A stretch of 48,850 nt of DNA, filler included, from Dirinaria sp. TL-2023a (taxonomy: Eukaryota): assembly GCA_051941275.1 (NCBI GenBank). It is 2 parts of 2 records of this genome, joined end to end, with 100 filler letters (N's around TTAATTAATTAA, not from the genome) between each part and the next. Parts side by side here need not be neighbours in the genome. Positions count along the whole stretch, not along the records: positions 24,491 to 48,850 come from JAVEBF010000190.1; 1 more part is not named here. The stretch is one strand, 5' to 3'. Under the pieces are notes generated by a model, which worked only from the letters and a program-made list of their open reading frames with translations, ran no database searches and was not told where the DNA came from. Positions within the stretch are counted from its first letter, which is position 1. Every line of letters starts with the position of its first letter. Below, in pieces: positions 38,105 to 48,850 of the stretch. The position numbers and the translations under genes were made by a program.

Positions 38105-40059
38105 GGAATCGTCATGTGGGGAGCCTGCAGCTCCGTCTTTGACGGCAGTGGATCTCAATCAGGTTGTGGGCTTTCAAGTGTTTCTCGGAGATACGGGCGC
38201 TGGTTCTCACTTATGCATTTTGGGGGATTTGAAACGGGTGCTGGGGAACGGAATCCTTTGCTTTCACTTCTTCACGGTCTTTTCCGCCAGAGCTTCTTAC
38301 TGCATTCCTTGGATTTTGCATTCGGGGGCGCGAAAAGGTGGTCAAAAGGTGTGGGGCTCTAGTTCTGTACGAGTAAAACATATGTAGTGCGTTTTGATAT
38401 CCTCTTGCTCCTCTATTGTTGCTTTCCATTATAGGCTTGACCACTAAAACCGTGATTGTAGTATTGTGTGAATTGTGAACCATGAATCAGGGATACAGAC
38501 ATTTGTGACCATAATTTGATTATAGTAGTATCTATGGGCTACAGAAGAATTAGACATAGCTGATAGCACGAAGTACATATTGCGTGACTAAGTAATGAAG
38601 GGTTAGACTTAGACCACAAATGCGGCCAGCATCCCTGCAATGCGACACCTAAGGCGATACGAGGATCTACCTCAGTGTATATTTATTGTTCGTATCAGAG
38701 TTCCAGGAATAGATTCATGTTCTGGAAGGACAACCCCGCGTACTGATAGGATTATCAAAGGCACAGCGACTGTCCTCCAACATTGTTTCTTAGGCTCGCA
38801 TGTTTGATGGATTTTGCCCTCCAATATTCGGCTTTAGGGTTTCTTCAGGGCTGAGCAGGAGTACCCAGTTGCAGCAAACCTCCTTGATCGTGTCGACCCA
38901 ACAGCCCTACTTCGAAGACACGTAGCAAAAACGGACAATTGACGCCCAACAACGGACTGGGCTCCGCTCCCTGCAGTTTATTGGACGCACGGCGGACGAT
39001 AAGAGGCAAGCGTTGACCCTCAGGAATGACAACGCGTTCAAAGCGGAAGTGGGGTAGTGGCTTTTGGGTAGGTACCCTACTAAGGACAGCATACTGTTAG
39101 CGCACTGCTGAACGAGTCATCAATCTGCACCTGCTTCAACCACGTTCGACCGGCGGACCGGGATGGAGGGCAGGAAATAGCTTCCGAGTTCGGCCGATTT
39201 TTTTCGACTTTTGGCATGCTGTGCCAATGCTTTTCGATGACAATGATGACCCAGTGTAAAAAAACAGTGCCCAAACCGGGCAAGGGGAAATCAAGTAGTC
39301 CACGACGAAGAAGTACCGCTGACGATGCAGCAGACGACAATCGCGCTCCTGAACAGACCTCGCGCCGTTTCGATTCCAGTGCCTCGCAGTCGTGGTAGTA
39401 GAGGCCCGCGAATGACTTTTCGTGCGCCGACTCCTGTTCACTAGGTAAGATGTCAAACAGCCACGACGCAACAGGGACAGCCAAGAGGATCTTAAGCGGT
39501 GTACGTAGAAGCGTACTGGGTCTAAAAAGGCCTATGAGATATTTGTTCAAAGCGCGAACGCATCAAAGGGTTCGCTGTAGTTTTTATATTCGCTGCTAGT
39601 ATCAAGTAGCCCCAATAGTCGGGATCCGAGTGTGGGGGGGGGAAGGAAACGCATCTTAGTAGGCGCACCACACCTGGAACAGCGAGTCGGCAGGAGACAG
39701 TAGTAAGTCGCATGTACAGTACTGTTTCAGGGTACGAAGGTACGGGATATGGCTCGGCAATAATAATAAATCAAGCAGTCTGGGGAAATATTAATGTGAG
39801 ATCAAAGCTTTCGCGAGGCGCGCATGCACAAGAGGTTTATGCATTATGACCGTAAGATGCGTAAGGTAGGTAAAGTACCTTAGGAGGTAACCCCGGCACT
39901 ATCCTTACCTTACCTAATCACCTACAGCACAGCACAGTACGTGCATGAGGTTTACGCTTTCCAGCCCGGAGCCTAATGCACCGTTGAACGCTGAACTCTG
40001 AACGAGCGTCGGGCACACTAAGATCTCCAATACGCTCTTGCTGATTGGCCTGTTGGGAG

Positions 40060-40071
40060 CTTATCTCTATC
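40060..40071. promoter_or_regulatory. Tandem GATA elements upstream of GLT1 (possible AreA/NIT2 sites)
   Basis: CTTATCTCTATC contains two minus-strand GATA cores about 440 bp upstream of the ATG. The motif is short and could be chance. Confidence 0.3.
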
Positions 40072-40510
40072 AAAGCAATTCACTACACACTTTTTTTTCT
40101 CCAACCGCTGAGAACAAACGCACAGCTCGCCTTGTGCACGCTGCACAACATACTGGACCTGACGTTTGCTCGCTCTCCATCTCAGGCCGCTCGTCACTAG
40201 CTCGGGCTTAAAAAGATCTGGAATTAACTTCCGTCCACCATTCTCGTAACTCAATTAGTGCCCACCTAAGACACACTCATTTTTTTGCCACGGTGGGGTT
40301 CACGCAAAGCCCCATCTTCCCGCAACTTCAACCTCTTCTTCCTTGCATCTTCCACATTGATTCTCACCCTTCGCATACATCTACCTGCGCGCCAGCAGCG
40401 GACAACAGAGCTCAGCATAGCAAGGCGAGGAACCAGGCTGACTGTGACCACACTGCACTATTCTCAAGCCAGCCTCTGCAGTGCGACTCCAGACTTTCGC
40501 CGTCCGGAGG

Positions 40511-43500
40511 ATGGGTCTCGAGCTGGAAGAGATTTATGGACCACGCATTGACGACGACCAACACCCAACCCGCGTATACGAGTACGAGAACACCCCAGAG
40601 AACCGGTCATGGGCCGGGGCTCTGCCCGTGAAGCAGGGTCTTTACGACCCTGAGTATGAGAAGGATGCCTGTGGTGTTGGCTTTGCTGCGTCAGTACCTC
40701 CTACACTCATGGGATCGCGAGCGATCGCTGACGTTCCGGAAGCCATATCAAGGGACACGCAAGCCACAAGATCATTAGCGATGGTGAGTGCCTCACCAAA
40801 GGCATGTGCGTACCTGCTGCTGATAGTTTGTGCAGCGAAGAATTTATTATGTAACATGACCCACCGCGGGGCGGTGGGCTCCGATGCACGAGATGGAGAT
40901 GGTGCCGGTGTTATGACTTCCATACCCCATCGATTTTTTGTCAAAAATTTCGCACGAGAAACCGGATTCGAGCTGCCCCCGCAAGGGCAATACGCCGTGG
41001 GGAACCTGTTCTTCAAACCCGACACCGACACACTCAAAAAGTCGACGGACACTTTCGAAGATATCGCCGAATCGCTTGGCTTACGGGTGCTCGGCTGGAG
41101 GGAGGTTCCAAGAGATTCGAGCTTGCTAGGGCCCGCAGCGCTCTCACGAGAGCCATTGATCCTCCAGCCATTCGTTGTCCTCAAATCAGCGTATGGTAGC
41201 GGTAATGCACCGGAAATCACAGACGAGGGACAGTTTGACGAGAAGAGATTCGAGCGTCAGCTGTACCTACTGCGCAAGCGCGCCACGCATACCATCGGTC
41301 TCCACAATTGGTTCTATTTGTGTTCCTTGAGCAACAAAAACATCGTCTACAAGGGCCAATTGTCGCCAGTGCAGGTGTACGAATACTATCACGATCTCGT
41401 ATCTGTGGACTACGAAGGCCATTTTGCTCTAGTACACTCCCGATTCTCAACAAACACCTTCCCCAGTTGGGACCGCGCTCAGCCACTGCGATGGGCAGCT
41501 CATAACGGTTCGCAGCCAACACTGTATCACTCGATGTGAACGCTGACGGAGACTAGGTGAAATCAACACCCTACGAGGCAACAAGAACTGGATGCGTGCT
41601 CGTGAAGGTGTCATGCAGTCTAACTTCTTCGGAGAGGAGCTCGATCAGCTCTACCCCATTGTAGAAGATGGGGGTTCTGATTCGGCGGCCTTCGACAATG
41701 TTCTTGAGCTTCTTGTCATCAATGGCGTCCTGTCGTTGCCCGAAGCTATTATGCTCATGGTACCGGAAGCCTGGCAAGATAATGCCGCAATGGACCCGGA
41801 GAAGGCCGCATTCTACGAATGGGCTGCTTGTTTGATGGAGCCGTGGGATGGACCAGCCCTGTTCACATTTTCTGATGGTAGATATTGCGGTGCCAACCTC
41901 GACCGGAACGGGCTGCGACCTTGCAGATACTACGTCACAGATGATGATCGGATTGTGTGTGCATCTGAGGTAGGGACAATCATGATTGATCCGGAAAAGA
42001 TCGTGCAGAAAGGGCGTTTGCAGCCAGGGAAAATGCTTTTGGTCGACACAGTAGCTGGCCGTATCGTAGACGACGCAGAGCTCAAGCACAACGTTGCAAG
42101 CCGACAAGACTTTAGGTCGTGGCTCCAAATGGAGCTCTTGACTCTTAATGGCATATATGCTCAACTAGAAGAGCAAGGTATGGACTTGAGCCTTAAGCTA
42201 AACGATCTTGGCGTGCAGGATGACCCGATGTTGAAAGCTTTTGGCTTCTCGTTCGAGCAAGTAAGCCTGCTGCTTGGCCCAATGGCTGCCGATTCGAAGG
42301 AAGCATTGGGCTCTATGGGTAACGATGCCCCATTAGCCTGTCTCGCCCAGCAGCCACGTTTGCTGTACGAGTATTTCCGTCAACTTTTCGCCCAAGTCAC
42401 TAACCCTCCCATCGACCCTATCCGAGAAGCCATAGTCATGTCCCTAGACTGTTATGTGGGGCCCCAAGGTAATCTGCTAGAGATGGGTCCCAGTCAGTGC
42501 CACCGTCTACTATTGCGTTCTCCAATCCTATCCCTTGAGCAATTCGCGGCGCTCAGGAACATCGACACTTTATACAGTGAGTGGAGCGTGAGGACCATCG
42601 ATATCACTTTCCCCAAGAACGAAGGCATTCAAGGCTATGTCGATGCCATGGATCGAATCTGTGCCGAAGTCACGGAAGGCATTGAGAATAACGACCGTGT
42701 CCTGATTCTTTCTGATCGAAAAACCTCTGCAAACCGTGTGCCTGTGTCGGCTTTGCAGGCTACAGGTATGGTCCACCATCATATGGTCCGTAACAAGTGG
42801 AGGTCGCAAGCGGCGCTCGTTGTCGAAACAGCCGAAGCTCGTGAAGTCCACCACATGTGTGTCCTTCTCGGTTATGGAGTGGATGCCATCTGCCCTTACC
42901 TTGCCCTAGAGTGTATTCTCAAGATGAACCGTGAAGGTCTGATCAGGAAAAAGCTATCGGACGAGAAGGTCATCGAAAACTACAAGTATTCCTGCGATGG
43001 AGGGATCCTGAAAGTCATGAGCAAGATGGGTATTTCAACCCTGCAGAGCTACAAAGGTGCCCAGATCTTCGAAGCCCTTGGTATCGATGATGACGTGGTC
43101 GATCGGTGCTTTACAGGGACAGCTACTCGTATCAAGGGCATGACGTTCGAGCTTATCGCCCAAGATGCTTTCGCCTTCCACGAAAAGGGTTTCCCGACGC
43201 GGAACATCCACAATATTCCAGGCTTGGCCGAGTCTGGCGAATATCACTGGAGAGATGGTGGTGAACCACACATTAACGACCCTGTGGCGATTGCGAACAT
43301 CCAAGATGCCGTACGCACCAAAAATGACAAATCTTATGAGGCATATTCCATGTCAGAGTACGAGCAGATCAAGAATTGCACGCTCCGTGGGATGCTTGAC
43401 TTCAATTTCGAAGAGAGCGCCCCAGTGCCGATTGATCAAGTCGAACCATGGACAGAAATAGTTCGCCGCTTCGTAACCGGCGCTATGTCTTACGGCTCAA

Positions 43501-46500
43501 TTTCGATGGAGTCACACTCCACCCTAGCTGTCGCCATGAACCGTCTGGGAGGCAAATCAAACACTGGCGAAGGCGGTGAAGATCCCGAGCGTAGCTTAAG
43601 AATGGACAACGGTGATACTATGCGTTCGGCCATCAAGCAAGTTGCGTCTGGCCGTTTTGGTGTCACTGCAAATTACCTTGCCGACTCCGACGAACTCCAA
43701 ATCAAGATGGCCCAAGGAGCCAAGCCTGGCGAAGGTGGTGAGCTCCCAGGCCACAAGGTATCTGGGCCTATTGCTCGTACTCGACATTCGACACCCGGCG
43801 TAGGTCTCATCTCGCCGCCGCCGCACCACGACATCTATTCTATCGAGGACTTGAAACAGTTGATCTATGATCTGAAGTGCTCTAGCCCTCGAGCTCGTAT
43901 CTCTGTCAAGCTTGTTTCCGAGACAGGCGTCGGTATCGTCGCTTCAGGAGTCGCTAAAGCTAAAGCTGACCACATATTGATCTCTGGTCATGACGGCGGT
44001 ACTGGTGCCTCGCGATGGACCGGCATCAAATACGCGGGCTTACCATGGGAGCTTGGGCTTGCAGAGACTCATCAGACATTGGTCCTCAACGATCTCCGAG
44101 GTCGTGTTATCGTTCAGACCGATGGCCAAATTCGAACGGGACGAGATGTCGCCATCGCTTGTTTACTGGGCGCGGAAGAGTGGGGGTTCGCAACAGCTCC
44201 TCTCATATCCATGGGCTGCATTATGATGAGGAAGTGCCACCTGGTAGGCGACTCGAAGTTCCTTGTAACCATCATGAGCACTTGCAATCGAGCATGGGTT
44301 CCTGATTCGTGTGTGGACCTCTCCTGAACTCTGAGTTCAGGGGGAAATATAAACACGCCACCCAGGCTAAGTCACGTTTTAAAATTTAAAGAGCGGACGC
44401 TGACATTTGTTTTCTCAACAGAATACTTGCCCCGTTGGTATTGCGACACAAGATCCCGTGCTGCGCAAGAAATTCGAAGGCACTCCTGAGCACGTCATCA
44501 ATTTCTTCTACTACATCGCGAACGAGCTTCGCGCGATCATGGCCAAACTAGGATTCCGCACTGTCAATGAGATGGTGGGCCACTCTGAGGTACTCCATAT
44601 GCGCGAAGATCTACGAACTCCCAAAACGGAAAACGTTGACCTTGGCCTTATTTTGACACCTGCGCACCACCTACGCCCTGGTGTTGCGACATACAATGTG
44701 CGGAAGCAAGATCACAAGTTGCATGTCAGGCTTGATAATAAGCTCATCGCTGAGTCCGAGCTGGCGCTCGAGAAGGGCTTGCCGTGCCGGATTGAGTGTG
44801 ACATTGTGAACACTGATCGAGCTCTAGGCGCTACGCTTTCTTATCAAATTAGTAGAAGATATGGCGAGGCTGGTTTACCGCAAGACACCATCCATGCCAA
44901 TATCAAGGGATCCGCTGGCCAATCCTTCGGTGCATTTTTGGCTCCCGGTGTCACACTTGAGCTTGAAGGAGACGCGAATGACTACGTAGGCAAGGGTCTT
45001 TCTGGTGGCCGCTTGATTATTTATCCACCAAGATCTGCGGTATTCAAAGCCGAAGAGAATGTCTTGATCGGCAACGTGTGCTTGTACGGTGCAACAATGG
45101 GCACTTGCTACTTCCGTGGCGCAGCTGCCGAGCGATTCGCTGTCCGGAACTCTGGCGCAACTGCTGTCGTGGAAGGCGTTGGTGATCATGGATGCGAGTA
45201 CATGACTGGTGGTCGTGTGCTTGTCCTTGGGGGCACCGGTCGTAATTTTGCCGCTGGTATGTCTGGCGGTATCGCATATGTTCTGGACATGAACCAGGAC
45301 TTCCACTCGAAGATCAATATGGAAATGGTGGAAGTATCAGGCATCGAGGACCCGGCGGAGATTGCCTTTGTGCGAGGACTAATTGAAGATCACCATCATT
45401 ACACTGGTTCGGAACTGGCTGCACGCGTCTTGCTCGACTTCAACCGCGCGTTGCCAAGATTCGTCAAAGTGCTACCTACGGACTACAAGCGAGTCATGGC
45501 CGAAGAGGCCGCGAAAGCTGAAGCTGCTAAGAAAGCAGAATATCCGCTGCCTATCTTGCCAGGGAACGCAGTCCGTACCCTTCACGAGGATTCAAAGAAG
45601 AAGCAGCATGACAAGGAAGCGCAAAACAAGCGAGACGATATGTTGGACATCGAAGAAAGCGTTGGCGATAACAAGGCGGAAAAGAAGAGATCGGCACTTG
45701 TCTTGGACAAGACGAAAGGCTTCATGAAGTACCAGCGAAGGAGCGAAAAGTACAGGAAGCCTGAGACTAGAACTCGTGACTGGAAGGAATTGTCGGCTCG
45801 CCTGAAGGAGGATGAGCTGAAATACCAAGCCGCTCGATGCATGGACTGTGGTGTTCCTTTCTGCCAGTCCGACACCGGATGCCCGATCTCCAATATCATC
45901 CCCAAATGGAACGAGCTCGTCTTCCAGAATCAATGGAAGGATGCACTCAACCGTCTAAATATGACGAATAATTTTCCTGAATTCACCGGCCGCGTCTGCC
46001 CCGCTCCTTGCGAAGGTGCTTGTGTACTTGGCATCAACGAAGATCCTGTTGGTATCAAGTCTATCGAGTGCGCTATCATTGATCGAGGCTTCGATATGGG
46101 ATGGATGGTCCCGAACCCTCCTCAGAATCGTACCGGCAAGACTGTTGCCATCATCGGTTCTGGTCCTGCGGGTTTGGCTTGCGCTGATCAGCTGAACAGA
46201 GCTGGCCACACTGTGACTGTCTATGAGCGAGCAGACCGCATCGGAGGGTTGCTTATGTATGGTATTCCTAACATGAAGCTCGATAAGACAATCGTGCAGC
46301 GCCGTGTCGATTTCATGGAAGCTGAGGGCGTCACTTTCATCACCGGAGTCGAGGTCGGTCCAGATGCGGAAGTTTCCCTTCACTCACTTCGTCAAGATTA
46401 TAGTGCTGTTGTCATCTCCACTGGAGCTACCGTGGCTCGAGACTTAAAAATCCCAAACCGAGAACTTGATGGGATCCATTTTGCTATGCAATTCCTTCAT

Positions 46501-47316
46501 CGCAACACCAAGTCACTCCTCGATTCCGAACTCTCTGATGGGGAATACATTTCGGCCAAAGGTAAGGATGTGATTGTCATCGGTGGTGGCGATACTGGCA
46601 ACGACTGCATTGGTACCTCCGTCCGTCACGGCGCGAAGTCTGTCACCAATTTCGAGCTTCTGCCCCAGCCGCCACCCGAACGTGCTCGCGATAACCCATG
46701 GCCTCAGTGGCCCCGTATCTATCGTGTCGACTACGGCCACACGGAGGTTAAAACCCATATGGGCAAGGATCCACGCGAGTACTGTGTCATGTCCGAGGAG
46801 TTCGTTGGCGATGAGGAAGGCCATGTCAGTGGCATCAATATCCACCGCGTTGATTGGACAAAGAGTGTCTCTGGTGGCTGGGACATGAAGAAGGTCGAGG
46901 GGAGCGAGCAATTCTTCCCAGCCCAGTTGGTCTTACTCTCTATGGGATTCCTGGGCCCTGATGATCGTTTGCTTGGCACCGAAGTTGAGAAAGATGCCCG
47001 CAAGAACATCAAGACTCCGCCCGGCAAGTACAGTACGAATCTCGGCGGTGTTTTCGCCGCAGGTGATTGTCGACGTGGACAGTCACTCATTGTTTGGTAG
47101 GATATCAAGCATGTCCGATTCTGGAGACCGATTGCTAATTCTCCTAGGGGTATCAACGAAGGCCGTCAAGCAGCTCGCGACGTTGACACCTACCTCATGG
47201 GCGTCGGCACCCAGCTCCCCAGGACGGGAGGTATTGTTCAACGTGCTCCCTACGAAACCGTCGGCTTCCCCCAGAAGATGAGTCAACAAGCGGTTGGCGC
47301 GACCGGCGCGACCTAA
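40511..47316 (+). CDS. GLT1: NADH-dependent glutamate synthase (GOGAT), 6 exons (40511-40689, 40743-40783, 40836-41507, 41557-44243, 44422-47096, 47148-47316)
   Basis: EKDACGVGF amidotransferase start, [15 protein letters not shown] domain ([17 protein letters not shown]), 3Fe-4S motif [16 protein letters not shown] across intron 4, GXGXG domain, and fused beta subunit ([24 protein letters not shown]). Five GT-AG introns keep the frame. Confidence 0.98.
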
Positions 47317-47895
47317 AAGCGATTCCACCCTTAACATCAAGTTTGTACATACGATATCGGGTGTACATACAACCTACGGCATCTATTGTATCATCAAAGG
47401 AACATGAAAATTCGGCGTTGGCGAAATAAGCATGGAATCTCAAGATACCTCGCTGCCGCTCGCTTCTGTTACTGTTTTTCCATCTGAGCCAGCGAATAAG
47501 TCATTTGTGCTTTGCCAGCGATGAGATACCTGTGATATCCTTCCTGCATTCATTTCTGGGGTTGCATTTGTGAAAGGTACCTGGGTCAATTGTATGCCTG
47601 TCATTTGGATTTGCGAATTGTAGGCTGCCATGCTGTTGGTTGGATCAATGGATGGCTACATTAGATAGCTAGATCAATACATGTTAGCCAACTATGCGAT
47701 TTGACCTCTGAATAGACGCTATCATTACAATGTGCACTGCGAGCTAGCTACACTTGCTACATTACTTTACATAGGACATAGCTAATTATGATGATCGATC
47801 GAGCCCTAACCTTCTACATTTATATTTCCTGGTCTATCCCAATCAACCGGTGTCCACGAGATCACCTATTTCATCCGCTCTACCTCCATAGCACT

Positions 47896-48850
47896 ATGGC
47901 AACATCGACGGACCCAGACCACTTCTTCCAAACAACGTATGCCTTCATAAATCGCCTCTCAACCCTCTCCAAAGACTTCCAATCGCTCTGATCACTCACT
48001 GGTCGTAGTTCTTCTCTGGACTCCTCTACGCGCAAAGCCGTCAAGTCCAAGAATAGCCTCGGAGATCCTATTCGTACCTCCTCCAAAATCCTCGCTGTCA
48101 TCCTTGACCCGGCCAACGATGCCGAAGATACCGTATACGTCGCCGAGAGCGCCGGGCTTGTACGGAGAGTTTCGCTTGAAGTAGGTAAGGTCACTCGAGC
48201 ACTTAATCCTGAACGCTATGCGTACCTACCCTATTGCAAGTATTCAGCTTACTGATAAGAAACTCCATCGCCTAGACCGGTTCCAAGGATCAAATCTTTC
48301 GCTCCCCGTCCTCGACAGCACCTTTGACTTCGCTCGTGCTCATCCCTCCCGACCACGCAGCCCCAGAGTTAATATTCGCCGGCTCGTGGGATAAGAGCAT
48401 CCATTCGTGGTCCCTATCTACCCGAGCGCCGGGCAAGCGGCTTGTAGGAGGGCACACCGACTTCGTGAAATGCATCTGCGCGTGTCGATTCCGCAATGGC
48501 AAAAGCCTCCTGCTCAGCGGCGGAGCCGACGCGAACATCGTGGTTTGGGACCCTGTTGCTGGAGAAAAGCTCCAGATCCTGCGAACGGGACATTCAAGAG
48601 GCATCTTAGACCTCGCGATCGACCCAACTACTAACCCCCGAGACCCATTTCTCCCCAACCATCAGCCCCACGGTTCCTATCCCGAAAACCAATTCTCCTT
48701 CTCCCACCACCCCGGTGATGATGGTGAAGATGAACACGAGGCGCACCCGCCTCCCATCTCCATCTTCTCAGCCAGCTCAGACCGCACAATCCGCCGCTTC
48801 TCCCTCACTCCCTCATCCCCCTCAAACAACGGCCCCCTCCTCACAGAAAC
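47896..48850 (+). CDS. WD40-repeat protein, 5' part (exons 47896-47936, 48009-48180, 48276 to window end)
   Basis: MATSTDPDHFFQTT spliced to ...FAGSWDKSIHSW...GHTDFVKC...LLSGGADANIVVWD...GHSRGILDLAI...IFSASSDRTIRRF. Open to the window edge. Confidence 0.88.

Noticed and set aside
44300..44360. TPP riboswitch or box C/D snoRNA in GLT1 intron 4
   Set aside because: The TPP consensus (CUGAGA...ACCUGAU) is absent and no proper RUGAUGA box C was found.
1..48850. CRISPR arrays, tRNA/rRNA genes and prokaryotic operons
   Set aside because: The sequence is fungal; no repeat-spacer arrays or structural RNA genes were recognised by eye.

Overview
Eukaryotic, intron-containing DNA from a filamentous ascomycete (Pezizomycotina, inferred from gene content and short GT-AG introns with CTRAC-type branch sites). 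Conserved genes: an SPFH/stomatin-like protein, COG8, an asco-laccase, NADH-dependent glutamate synthase GLT1 and a partial WD40 gene. Accessory content: (i) a DUF6594-like 3-TM gene lying head-to-head with two mutually related retropepsin-like (retroviral-type aspartic protease fold) genes, one retaining a D-T-A motif and one degenerate with a charged coiled-coil tail, which is the best candidate for an undescribed system; (ii) two pseudogenes not evident from the ORF track (an ML/NPC2-like lipid-binding gene and an AsaB-like oxidase) next to an intact DHA1 MFS transporter; (iii) a 4-TM membrane protein, a small secreted Cys protein and a long gene-poor, decayed stretch. An artificial N44-TTAATTAATTAA-N44 contig linker at 24391-24490 means the two halves are not proven to be neighbours. 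All family calls come from motif recognition by eye, not from database searches.
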